The notes beneath the pieces were generated by a model. It was given only the letters and a program-made list of their open reading frames with translations. It was not told where the DNA came from and searched no databases. Shown in pieces: positions 27,301 through 39,420 of a DNA stretch of 64,000 bases. Position numbers and translations under genes: made by a program. Source of the DNA: Balanoglossus misakiensis (lineage: Eukaryota > Animalia > Hemichordata); the NCBI GenBank assembly GCA_040954595.2, contig CM082579.2:16158550-16222549 (forward strand), written 5' to 3'. How positions within the stretch are numbered: the first letter of the stretch is position 1; each line of letters opens with the position of its first letter.

Positions 27301-30300
27301 TTGCAGAGCCAGGCCGAAGGAAATCCGACTTGATCACCGTTGCTAACGAACGCTAGTGTCTGTCATGGTGTGCCGGGGTTTTAGTCGAGCCAGGCCGTAG
27401 GAGATCTGACTTGATCATCGTGGTCAATGTACGCGTGTTTCCGCTCTAAAGTGCCGGGGCTTCAGCTAAACCAGGCCGTAGGAAATCCGACGTAATCACC
27501 GTTGATAACTTACGCCAGTCTGTGTCATATAGAGCCGGTGCACCAGCCGAGTCACGCCGTAGGAAATCTGACTTGATCAACGTGGTCAATGTGTGCCTGT
27601 TTCTGCTCTAGAGTGCCGAGGCTTCAGCTGAGCCAGGCAGTAGGAAACCCGACGTGATTACCGTTGTTAACTTACGCCAGTCTGTGTCCTATATATAGTG
27701 CCGGGGCATCAGCCGTGCCAGGCCGAAGGAAATGTGAGTAGATCAACGTGGTCTCTGTACGCGTGTTTCTGCTCTAGAGTGCCAGGGCTTTAGCCAAGCC
27801 ATGCCGTAGGAAATCTGACTTGATCAACGTTGCTTACTAACGCTAGTGTCTGTCATAGTGTGCCGGGGTTTTAGTCGAGCCAAGCCGTAGGAGATCAGAC
27901 TTGATCAACGTGCTCTCTGTACGCGTGTTTCTGCTTTAGAGTGCCGGGGCTTTATCCAAGCCATGCCGTAGAAAATCTGACTTCATCACCGTTGCTAACG
28001 TACGCTAGTGTGTGTCATATTGTGACGGAGATTTAGCCGAGCCAGGCCGTAGAAAAATCGACTTGTTCAACGTTACCAGTGTGCAACTGTTTCTGCTCTA
28101 GAGTGTCAGGGTTTTAGCCGACTTATGCTGTAGGAAATCTGAGTTGATGAACGGGAATTCAATGTTAGAAAACCCGTGTGGAAAGTATCTCTACCCGTTT
28201 GAAACTAAGAAAAGAATTTATTCTTATTTATTTTGTAAAAAAGACAATTTTTCGAAAAAAAGTCGAAAATGGTAATTTTGTCTTGGGTGATTTAAATTAT
28301 ACCGCCTTTTCTTGAATTTGCAGCACTTTTTACAAGAGAACGACACTTCATGCTCCATAATATTTCCGAAAATGAAGAAAAGAGTTAATTTTTTATGATT
28401 TTTTAAAAATTTACCATTTTTGTCAAAATATGGCCAAAATTGCTATTTTTTATTGAATTCCGTCAATATCTCTGCTTTTTTGGAGTGGTCGAAAGTTTTA
28501 ACATACAACCAACATGTCATATATGATCAGGGCACCAAATTCGAAGAACAAAGGTTTTTTTATTTTTTTTTTTTAAATGACATTTTCAAGGAAAATTTGG
28601 TAAAACGCAATTTTGTCTGCAGTGAGCCAAATTAGACGGTCTTTTGTGGAATTTGTATCGATATATACATACGAAGAGCATTCTATACTCCATCAGATTT
28701 CCGAAAATGTAGAAAACAGGTATTTTTTGTAATTTTCAAAAATTTACCATTTTGACCAAATGGTGGCTAAAATTGTTATTTTCGTGTTGAATGCCGCCAG
28801 TGTCACTGCTTTTAAAAGTCATAAAAGCTTTTAACATACAAGCAATTGTTTATATATGATCAGGTCACCGAATTAATAAAATAAAGAATGTTTTGCCTAA
28901 AAATGACCTTTTTGGTGCAAAAACGAATAAAACGCAATTTTGTATTAAATCAGCTCATTCAGAGTGCATTTTTTATAATCAGCACCATGTTTACATATAA
29001 TGGAAATTTCATACATCATCAGATATCCAAATATGAAAAAATGATTTAGATTTTAGATGATTGTCCAAAATTAGCTGATATCTAATAAATGTAGTATTGA
29101 ACCGTTCTGTTTCCCCCCCCCCTACATTATATGCGATACGCCGATGTGAGCTTACCCGGCAGTACTGCAGGCCGTGCCCCCAACTAACGTCGGTGTTTGA
29201 AGCGCCCTGGTTAAATTCGGGCTTTCTCTATAAATTGACAGGCAATAATGCAGTCCTACCCGAACAAATGTCGAGTGTTGACCCGTTGTGACTTTCCCTC
29301 TTCGGTTTGCCCGACTTAGCCAACGTCTTTGTACTAGAGTGTCGGGTCTTTTGCAGAGCCAGGCCGAAGGAAATCCGACTTGATCACCGTTGCTAACGAA
29401 CGCTAGTGTCTGTCATGGTGTGCCGGGGTTTTAGTCGAGCCAGGCCGTAGGAGATCTGACTTGATCATCGTGGTCAATGTACGCGTGTTTCCGCTCTAAA
29501 GTGCCGGGGCTTCAGCTAAACCAGGCCGTAGGAAATCCGACGTAATCACCGTTGATAACTTACGCCAGTCTGTGTCATATAGAGCCGGTGCACCAGCCGA
29601 GTCACGCCGTAGGAAATCTGACTTGATCAACGTGGTCAATGTACGCGTGTTTCTGCTCTAGAGTGCCGGGGCTTCAGCTGAGCCAGGCCGTAGGAAACCC
29701 GACGTGATTACCGTTGTTAACTTACGCCAGTCTGTGTCCTATATATAGTGCCGGGGCATCAGCCGTGCCAGGCCGAAGGAAATGTGAGTAGATCAACGTG
29801 GTCTCTGTACGCGTGTTTCTGCTCTAGAGTGCCGGGGCTTTATCCAAGCCATGCCGTAGGAAATCTGACTTGATCACCGTTGCTAACGTACGCTAGTGTC
29901 TGTAATATTGTGACGGAGATTTAGCCGAGCCAGGCCGTAGAAAAATCGACTTGTTCAACGTTACCAGTGTGCAACTGTTTCTGCTCTAGAGTGTCAGGGT
30001 TTTAGCCGACTTATGCTGTAGGAAATCTGAGTTGATGAACGGGAATTCAATGTTAGAAAACCCGTGTGGAAAGTATCTCTACCCGTTTGAAACTAAGAAA
30101 AGAATTTATTCTTATTTATTTTGTAAAAAATACAATTTTTCAAAAAAAAGTCGAAAATGGTAATTTTGTCTTGGGTGATTCAAATTATACCACCTTTTCT
30201 GGAATTTGCAGCACTTTTTACAAGAGAACGACACTTCATGCTCCATAATATTTCCGAAAATGAAGAAAAGAGTTAATTTTTTATGATTTTTTAAAAATTT

Positions 30301-33300
30301 ACCATTTTTGTCAAAATATGGCCAAAATGGCTATTTTTTCTTGAATTCCGTCAATATCTCTGCATTTTTGGAGTGGTCGAAAGTTTTAACATACAATCAA
30401 CATGTCATATATGATCAGGGCACCAAATTCGAAGAACAAAGGTTTTTTTTTTTTTTTCTTCTTCTAAAAATGACATTTTCAAGGAAAATTTGGTAAAACG
30501 CAATTTTGTCTGCAGTGAGCCAAATTAGACGGTCTTTTGTGGAATTTGTATCGATATATACATACGAAGAGCATTCTATACTCCATCAGATTTCCGAAAA
30601 TGTATAAAACAGGTATTTTTTGTAATTTTCAAAAATTTACCATTTTGACCAAATTGTGGCTAAAATTGTTATTTTCGTGTTGAATGCCGCCAGTGTCACT
30701 GCTTTGAAAAGTCATCAAAACTTTTAACATACAAGCAATTGTTTATATATGATCAGGTCACCGAATTAAAAAAAATAAAGAATGTTTTGCCTAAAAATGA
30801 CCTTTTTGGTGCAATAACGAATAAAACGCAATTTTGTATTAAATCAGCTCATTCAGAGTGCATTTTTTATAATCAGCACCATTTTTACATATAATGGAAA
30901 TTTCATACATCATCAGATATCCAAATATGAAAAAATGATTTAGATTTTAGATGATTGTCCAAAATTAGCTGATAACAGATAAATGTAGTATTAAACCGTT
31001 CTGTTCCCCCCCCCCCCTACATTATATGCGGTACGCCAATGTCAGCTTACCCGGCAGTACTGCAGGCCGTGCCCCCAACTAACGTCGGTGTTTGAAACGC
31101 CCTGGTTAAATTCGAGCTTTCTCTATAAATTGACAGGCAATAATGCAGTCCTACCCGAACAAATGTCGAGTGTTGACCCGCTGTGACTTTCCCTCTTCGG
31201 TTTGCCCGACTTAGCCAACGTCTTTGTACTAGAGTGTCGGGTCTTTTGCAGAGCCAGGCCGAAGGAAATCCGACTTGATCACCGTTGCTAACGAACGCTA
31301 GTGTCTGTCATGGTGTGCCGGGGTTTTAGTCGAGCCAGGCCGTAGGAGATCTGACTTGATCATCGTGGTCAATGTACGCGTGTTTCCGCTCTAAAGTGCC
31401 GGGGCTTCAGCTAAACCAGGCCGTAGGAAATCCGACGTAATCACTGTTGATAACTTACGCCAGTCTGTGTCATATAGAGCCGGTGCACCAGCCGAGTCAC
31501 GCCGTAGGAAATCTGACTTTATCAACGTGGTCAATGTATGCCTGTTTCTGCTCTAGAGTGCCGGGGCTTCAGCTGAGCCAGGCCGTAGGAAACCCGACGT
31601 GAATACCGTTGTTAACTTACGCCAGTCTGTGTCCTATATATAGAGCCGGGGCATCAGCCGTGCCAGGCCGAAGGAAATGTGAGTAGATCAACGTGGTCTC
31701 TGTACGCGTGTTTCTGCTCTGTAGTGCCAGGGCTTTAGCCAAGCCATGCCGTAGGAAATCTGACTTGATCAACGTTGCTTACTAACGCTAGTGTCTGTCA
31801 TAGTGTGCCGGGGTTTTAGTCGAGCCAAGCCGTAGGAGATCAGACTTGATCAACGTGCTCTCTGTACGCGTGTTTCCGCTTTAGAGTGCCGGGGCTTTAT
31901 CCAAGCCATGCCGTAGAAAATCTGACTTCATCACCGTTGCTAACGTACGCTAGTGTCTGTCATATTGTGACGGAGATTTAGCCGAGCCAGGCCGTAGAAA
32001 AATCGACTTGTTCAACGTTACCAGTGTACAACTGTTTCTGCTCTAGAGTGTCAGGGTTTTAGCCGACTTATGCTGTAGGAAATCTGAGTTGATGAACGGG
32101 AATTCAATGTTAGAAAACCTGTGTGGAAAGTATCTCTACCCGTTTGAAACTAAGAAAAGAATTTATTCTTATTTATTTTGTAAAAAAGACAATTTTTCGA
32201 AAAAAAGTCGAAAATGGTAATTTTGTCTTGGGTGATTTAAATTATACCGCCTTTTCTTGAATTTGCAGCACTTTTTACAAGTGAACGACACTTCATGCTC
32301 CATAATATTTCCAAAAATGAAGAGAAGAGTTAATTTTTTATGATTTTTTAAAAATTTACCATTTTTGTCAAAATATGGCCAACATTGCTATTTTTTCTTG
32401 AATTCCGTCAATATCTCTGCTTTTTTGGAGTGGTCGAAAGTTTTAACATACAATCAACATGTCATATATGATCAGGGCACCAAATTCGAAGAACAAAGGT
32501 TTTTTTATTTTTTTTTCTAAAAATGACATTTTCAAGGAAAATTTGGTAAAACGCAATTTTGTCTGCAGTGAGCCAAATTAGACGGTCTTTTGTGGAATTT
32601 GTATCGATATTAACATACGAAGAGCATTCCATACTCCATCAGATTTCCGAAAATGTAGAAAACAGGTATTTTTTGTAATTTTCAAAAATTTACCATTTTG
32701 ACCAAATTGTGGCTAAAATTGTTATTTTCGTGTTGAATGCCGCCAGTGTCACTGCTTTTAAAAGTCATAAAAACTTTAAACATACAAGCAATTGTTTATA
32801 TATGATCAGGTCACCGAATTAAAAAAATAAAGAATGCTTTGCCTAAAAATGACCTTTTTGGTGCAAAAACGAATAAAACGCAATTTTGTATTAAATTAGA
32901 GTGCATTTTTTATAATCAGCACCATGTTTACATATAATGGAAATTTCATACATCATCAGATATCCAAATATGAAAAAATGATTTAGATTTTAGATGATTG
33001 TCCAAAATTAGCTGATAACAGATAAATGTAGTATTAAACCGTTCTGTTCCCCCCCCCCCTACATTATATGCGGTACGCCGATGTCAGCTTACCCGGCAGT
33101 ACTGCAGGCCGTGCCCCCAACTAACGTCGGTGTTTGAAACGCCCTGGTTAAATTCGAGCTTTCTCTATAAATTGACAGGCAATAATGCAGTCCTACCCGA
33201 ACAAATGTCGAGTGTTGACCCGCTGTGACTTTCCCTCTTCGGTTTGCCCGACTTAGCCAACGTCTTTGTACTAGAGTGTCGGGTCTTTTGCAGAGCCAGG

Positions 33301-34174
33301 CCGAAGGAAATCCGACTTGATCACCGTTGCTAACGAACGCTAGTGTCTGTCATGGTGTGCCGGGGTTTTAGTCGAGCCAGGCCGTAGGAGATCTGACTTG
33401 ATCATCGTGGTCAATGTACGCGTGTTTCCGCTCTAAAGTGCCGGGGCTTCAGCTAAACCAGGCCGTAGGAAATCCGACGTAATCACCGTTGATAACTTAC
33501 GCCAGTCTGTGTCATATAGAGCCGGTGCACCAGCCGAGTCACGCCGTAGGAAATCTGACTTGATCAACGTGGTCAATGTGTGCCTGTTTCTGCTCTAGAG
33601 TGCCGGGGCTTCAGCTGAGCCAGGCCGTAGGAAACCCGACGTGATTACCGTTGTTAACTTACGCCAGTCTGTGTCCTATATATAGTGCCGGGGCATCAGC
33701 CGTGCCAGGCCGAAGGAAATGTGAGTAGATCAACGTGGTCTCTGTACGCGTGTTTCTGCTCTATAGTGCCAGGGCTTTAGCCAAGCCATGCCGTAGGAAA
33801 TCTGACTTGATCAACGTTGCTTACTAACGCTAGTGTCTGTCATAGTGTGCCGGGGTTTTAGTCGAGCCAAGCCGTAGGAGATCAGACTTGATCAACGTGC
33901 TCTCTGTACGCGTGTTTCTGCTCTAAAGTGCCAGGGCTTTAGCCAAGCCATGCCGTAGGAAATCTGACTTGATCAACGTTGCTAACGAACGCTATACTGT
34001 GCGCATGAAATATGGAAGGAAGCGAAGGCAGTCCACTATTTGAATGCATCGAACGGAAAATTTGCTGGGAAGTTACGCGCATGCGCGTGAGACGAGCTAT
34101 CCAATTTAATCTCATATACAGTCAATTCAAATTACAGGCTGCTATTTTCGTTCCTGACACACTTCCTAATAGAA

Positions 34175-34310
34175 CATGGTTATCACAGTCATTCAAGAGA
34201 TAACAATATTTATCATCCTCCAAAATATAACAATCGGTTAGGTCAGACTTTAATCGAATTTGTTGGTCCCACAGTGTGGAATAGCATTCCAGAAAAGATA
34301 ATAAATTATA
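34175..34310 (+). mobile_element. Old CR1 ORF2 3'-terminal fragment
   Basis: Translates HGYHSHSRDNNIYHPPKYNNRLGQTLIEFVGPTVWNSIPEKI, homologous to the C-terminus of the CR1 at 4133-4330 (HSYHTRS...PKYNSNAGQHSIKY..AKVWNKLPE). Confidence 0.75.
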
Positions 34311-34719
34311 TTCACCCTTGTTACAATGTACAATTGAAATAAAACATTTGTTACTTGTTTTATAATATTTCCATGACCCAAGTTTAATAAAATGACAACA
34401 GACATAGATTTGATTACAAATATATGTGACTAATAGAATCTCAAACTCTTATTTCTCACACAGTCACAAATTATCCAAATTCGTTAAAAACATTGAATAA
34501 ATTTCTCTGAAACTTTCATCTGGCATGTTTTAGTCTCTGTCCCTATATTACACATCGTGCCATTGGATAACATTTAGTGTGCGTTAGCAAAAGAATACTT
34601 TGTCAACCAATCAGCACTCACATCATATACAGCCTTCGATACAGTGAGTGTGTGGGATTGATTTGTTTACACACTTTGATCCCACACTCCCAGCGTGCCC
34701 GGAGTGTGACAAAGTAGTT

Positions 34720-35021
34720 TATAACACACCATGCAGCGAACCATCGATCGTGATTCGTCATGTGACCTAAGTCATTTCGAACTGTTCCCTAGGGCATCAG
34801 TTCGATCGGTTTCTGCCCAGTACTGTTGCCCCGTCTTGATATAATTACGTGTTTGGTGTGTTATACAACACATGATGACTGACATATTCGGGCAACAGTG
34901 TATTTTTGATGACCTCAGGACTGCAAGTCACACCAAAACAGTCTGTTTTAGTTGTGACTAGCAGCGCCCTCGATCATCAAAAATACAATGTTGCCCTCAT
35001 TGTCAGTCATCATGTGTATAA
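34720..35021. mobile_element. Chained palindromic non-autonomous element
   Basis: IR TATAACACACCA / TGGTGTGTTATA (34720-34865) overlaps a second, longer IR TTATACA..CATGATGACTGACA / TGTCAGTCATCATGTGTATAA (34861-35021). Confidence 0.6.
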
Positions 35022-35145
35022 TCTTGGCTGTCAATACGTAACACACTAGTATTCAAGAATGTAGACAGTGTGTTTGTCAATACAGCCAAGGAATACATCA
35101 TTTGAATATTCATGTATATAAATCATTTGGTTTGTCTTATGACAG

Positions 35146-35213
35146 GTTTAACACTGACACTGAGAGACATAGGCACAGCAAAGAAAGTGACCTACTATGG
35201 ACCACCTAGATTG
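35146..35213 (+). CDS. ELAC2: ELAC2 / RNase Z long form-like internal exon (68 nt, phase 1 to 0)
   Basis: Splice sites ttgtcttatgacag|...|gtatgt. Encodes (G)LTLTLRDIGTAKKVTYYGPPRL, which matches the ELAC2 segment [22 protein letters not shown] as I recall it. Confidence 0.75.
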
Positions 35214-36060
35214 GTATGTACATTTCAACTCTTTTCACTATTGGTTGTACAATACATGCTAGTTTAGTTGCATCTTTGTCACTAAAGAGATACCGGTAGT
35301 ACATGTAACTTTGGGTGTTTTTCCCAATGTTTATAATGTGTTTTCATTGCCTGTTCTACTTGTGTCTGAACATATTTCAAGCTTCATAAGCTGTAACTTT
35401 TCACTTTGTTTTCAGTATTTTTGTTTTAAGTATTTACTGCAGTGTCTTGTTCAAATCCCTGAATCATGATGAAATATAGGTGTGTCTAGTCAGTATTGTT
35501 ATTCTAAATTTGAAGTCAAGTCTGGACTAGAATTCATTTCAATAGCCGTTACACACATACAGGTTATGTTGACAAGTGGAGTTCTGGGTAGAGCATGTGT
35601 TACAGTTAATGTCTCTTTAAATATCACATACATACATGTGTCTAGTTTTGTACATGCAACTCATATGTATGTTATATTTATTGATTGACTGTCAAATATC
35701 CTCCTGTTGTTTGATTAAATGTAAATATTGTTTGTTGTAGAATAGAAAGCACGATTCTCCTATTTCCATAGATATCAGTGCTCATTTTAAAGCTAAAAGT
35801 GACATTTTCAACACTAAATGCAAGGAAATGTAACTAAATATTTTAATTTTGCAGTCAAAATGCAACACAGTCAGCTCCGAACTGCATTTAAAATCCAAAC
35901 ACATGGTGTTATATTCTTGGTAATAAGCAAAGATCTGTATCCTATCCACAAAGTATATATCATACACACAGTATTATATTAATGCAGTTTATGAAATTGC
36001 TAGAAACATTGTAATATTTGGATGATATTTAAAGAAAAGTAATTATATTTATATTAACAG

Positions 36061-36129
36061 TATGTAAAAGTTACGAAGATTTAGCGTTGAATGATGATGT
36101 GATGTCTGTAAGAGCTGTTCCAATACATG
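36061..36129 (+). CDS. ELAC2: ELAC2-like internal exon (69 nt, phase 1 to 1)
   Basis: Splice sites attaacag|...|gtgagt. Encodes CKSYEDLALNDDVMSVRAVPIH, aligning with ELAC2 [22 protein letters not shown] as recalled, in the right order after the 35146 exon. Confidence 0.68.
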
Positions 36130-37521
36130 GTGAGTGAATTTCAAATCCTTTGTTCAATCAACCTTTCTACTGTCCTGTGATTCCAAAAGTAATTGAAATA
36201 TCATTACACATGTACCTGAATATAGTGCAGAGTGTAAATAGAGCACACTCTGAAAAAGAGTTATGTAATTAATATCTCTATCATGTGAGTGACATCATTT
36301 TAAGGGCCACTGACCACCCCACCCATGACAATTTGCTAGGGGGTGCCAACATCTCAACAGGGGGTGAATCCTTCCAGGCCATGTCGGGTGATTGATTGAT
36401 TGATTCATTCATTCATTCAGTCAGTCAGTCAGTTCGTCAGTCAGTCATATTAATTAATTCATTAAGGCATATAAACGATATAGCTAGCCTAATGTTATAG
36501 GAATGGTCTAACACCCTTGTCATATAAACTTTGGCGAAGCGATCCAAAGCTCAGCTAAGGTAGATGGGGGGGGGGACCTGAATCACATGCCCCATCATAA
36601 TGAAAGCTGCTAACCCTCTTAGAATGATACTAAGGCCTATACGTTGATCGCCCTGTCACACTTGGCTATGTGATCTTGGATTGGAACTGGAGGGATGTGA
36701 AAAGCAAGAGGCTTGTCGACAATAGTGATGTCAGAAAAATATTTGTTCATCTTTTTACAAAATATTTGTTTCCTCAAATTAAAACTGGTAAAACTAAGCT
36801 TGGTTTGTTTTAAATAAATAAATAGTTACTTACTAATATACTCCATGGCGCATTGTCTTTTTACATTGCTATCCTCTAGTCTTGAACAATTATGTCATTT
36901 TCGTGACCATCTCATGACCTTTACATTCTGGTATTTTTCATTGATATGAAAACATACGCTTGGTTAAAATTCTATAACTGCAGTTATGCTCACTGAGATT
37001 TTAGTGAATTGCCACTGTAAACTCATTTCCAGACAAATAGAACCTTTTGTCAGAAGTGACCAATGTGACTAAAAACCCTCTCTTATTGGCATCTAGTTCA
37101 GACGGGAGAAGGTTTCATGCAACTGCCTCGCAACAGAGATTGCTCTCAAATTCGGCAAAATATATATTGCAGGAGGTAAAAATTCTCAAAACTGTGAACG
37201 CGGGCATCTGTTGGCAATGGACAAAATAGTAAATGATTTGGGGATAAATGCCAATGTCATTCGATACAAAATTCCATTCACAGCAATGCAAAACACATTA
37301 TGGGCCCATACCTCACCCCTTTCATGAGTGTATTGTCAACAGTGTTCAAAAAGTGGGGGGGGGGCGGCAACAGACTAATTGAATCAAGTTGGTTGCACTC
37401 ATACCAGTATATATCAATAGTTGGTGGAAATCAGAAACTGCCGTTGGTGGCGCAAATTGTGTAACCTGCTTCACCTCAGGTCGGAGATATTGTCTGAACC
37501 TGGAGGTAGGCTGCTAGACCT

Positions 37522-37622
37522 AGCTTTGTAAACGCAGCTGCACCATTGGGGGTTAGGATATGGGTGGGGGTGGTACAACAGTATATCCCAACCTCCAACG
37601 GTGCAGCCGCGTTTCCACAGCC
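37522..37622. repeat. Imperfect ~100-bp palindrome (MITE-like)
   Basis: AAACGCAGCTGCACCATTGGGGGTTAGGATAT pairs with ATATCCCAACCTCCAACGGTGCAGCCGCGTTT. Confidence 0.6.
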
Positions 37623-37789
37623 ATGCTAGACCCTGCTCATTTCAGTGGAAAAACATGTTTTGTTGTGGACTTTCAAGTCGTTCTAATGAGATTCACACTG
37701 AGAAAATGTAATAAATTCTGTTTGTGGACTTCCAAGACAAAAAAAAACAAAAACAGGACAACATTTTTGAAATACCAATAAAATTATAA

Positions 37790-38165
37790 AACTACTAAAA
37801 ACACTGGCGTTATATTGGCAGACTTCCTGGACCGAGATATGATTCTTGCAGCTGTATTTTGTGTGCGTTGTAGAAGGTTCCGACTGCTTTCTGGTAGACC
37901 ATACAGTAATGCATTACCATAGTGGGCCAAGAACTGAACCCTGTGGCACTCCAAAACGAACATGTGATGGTTGACTGGTGGTGATCTTGTGGTGACGTAT
38001 GTCATCAATTTTCTGAATAAAATACTGGTTGAACCGATCTAAATGTTCCGTAGTTGACGTATGATTTGGAAGCTGTCTTGAGTTGCTGAACAATGTTGAA
38101 ATTGTCCGGAATAAAGATTTCTGATTTTTGGAATTTTCCTCTATGAGATTGGTGTAGTAGTTGCA
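37790..38165 (-). mobile_element. Internally deleted L2-clade LINE fragment
   Basis: YYTNLIEENSKNQKSLF...DRFNQYFIQKIDDIR (EN-RT linker) followed by YGNALLYGLP...LQRTQNTAARII...NITPV (L2 post-RT region). Confidence 0.75.
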
Positions 38166-38312
38166 CTGGTCACTTGGTAGGCTACTAGTGGTAGAGTCGT
38201 GTGTGCGCGCGACTTACACTATAAATTTGCGGAACAGACGGAACGGAATATGTATATGTAGCAGTTTATTGGCATGAATAGTGTAGGCCTACATGATTTT
38301 TAAAACATGTCC

Positions 38313-38522
38313 CAGCACAGCGATTTATTCAGAGAAAGTGGAGAAATATTTATATGATAGAAACTGAATAAGTTTGTTGTATGTCAGCTCTTCTGTCTTT
38401 CTCTTACCGATATGATTCTAACCGGAACACTCAAGCTTAGTAAGGGTAAGAGAAAGGCAGAAGAAGAAAAATGGCTGACCGACAACTTTTTGTATCAAAT
38501 CCCTGAATAAATCACTGGGCCC
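38313..38522. repeat. Palindromic MITE-like element
   Basis: GATTTATTCAG / CTGAATAAATC outer arms and TCTTCTGTCTTTCTCTTACC / GGTAAGAGAAAGGCAGAAGA inner arms. Confidence 0.5.
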
Positions 38523-39420
38523 AGGAAAACCACAGCGAGTTTAGAACACTAACATTGAGATCTAACATAATCGACCCATGCTGATGTTTCAAGTGGGCGA
38601 TCCCCGGCAATTCCCGGCAATTTCACGATCCCCCCCCCCCACAAAAATCGTGCATTCCAAGGGAATATTACGTCAGTAGATTAATTTTTCTGACTACTTT
38701 ATTAAAGCTGTTTCGCCGTTTCACTGTTTCGCAAAATATCACTAGCCGCGCCCTGTGATAAGAGTCTAAGTTTCGTGAAAGACCTCCGCAGTCCACCTTT
38801 TTTATCTTAAAAAAGTTTCCATCTTTTTTCTTCACCGGGTCCGGAAATTTTCACGAACTCTTGGATTTAGTTTATCAGTTTATTTGGAAGCTAGTCGGAA
38901 AAGATTACGCTGTCCAAAACCGTTAAACCCGTGGTACTCGAAACTGTGAATAAACAAAGTACTAGTATAACTGATACTTTTTACGTAGCGTTGGGGCGGT
39001 ATTTCCTTGCCGTACGTCATATTATGGCGGTCGGTTTAAAGTGAACTTCCATCGCTTGTAGCTTATAGCGTACATCATGAACAATTTAGGCATAAATAAT
39101 TGGGCCTCATAAAATAAACACATTTCGTTTTCATATGGGTCGGGCTATGTTTGCGTGGTGCAAGAAGTTGGAAATACAAATTCAAGTTGATTTTTATTTG
39201 TTTTTGTGAACGTTTTTTCCTCTGTAAAATCTGAGTAATCGATTGATAGAGAATGTTACTGCCTATGCCTGTTTTACTGCATATAGGGTGGTGGCCTAGC
39301 TTGAAAAAAGTAAAGCAATGCTGTTGTTATATGCGGCTTGTCTGGTCTTTGGATATCCGACTTGCTCAACGTGGCTGATGTAGGCCTAACCTTCCCACGG
39401 GTGATAAAAAGTGGACAGTG

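Larger units (their letters stand above)
1..33994. repeat. Hierarchical macrosatellite array of ~1.9-2.4 kb units; runs off the left edge of the window
   Basis: Anchor GTG(G/A)AAAGTATCTC recurs at 154, 2536, 9561, 15494, 17387, 19447, 26134, 28178, 30066 and 32123. After subtracting insertions, unit lengths are about 2382, 2386, 2047, 1893, 2060, 2045, 2044, 1888 and 2057. The array stops abruptly inside an 81-bp monomer at ...GAACGCTA (33994). Confidence 0.97.

Noticed and set aside
154-33994. Recurrent 60-90 aa ORFs (MESISTRLK..., MSKYGQN..., MSRSVSPPP...)
   Set aside because: Non-ATG starts, homopolymer indels between units and no recognisable domain; they are by-products of the satellite.
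35385-35620. TTTTCAG...KYLLQC as the missing ELAC2 exon
   Set aside because: It hits a stop, and the segment is homologous to about 40505-40780, so it is a dispersed repeat.
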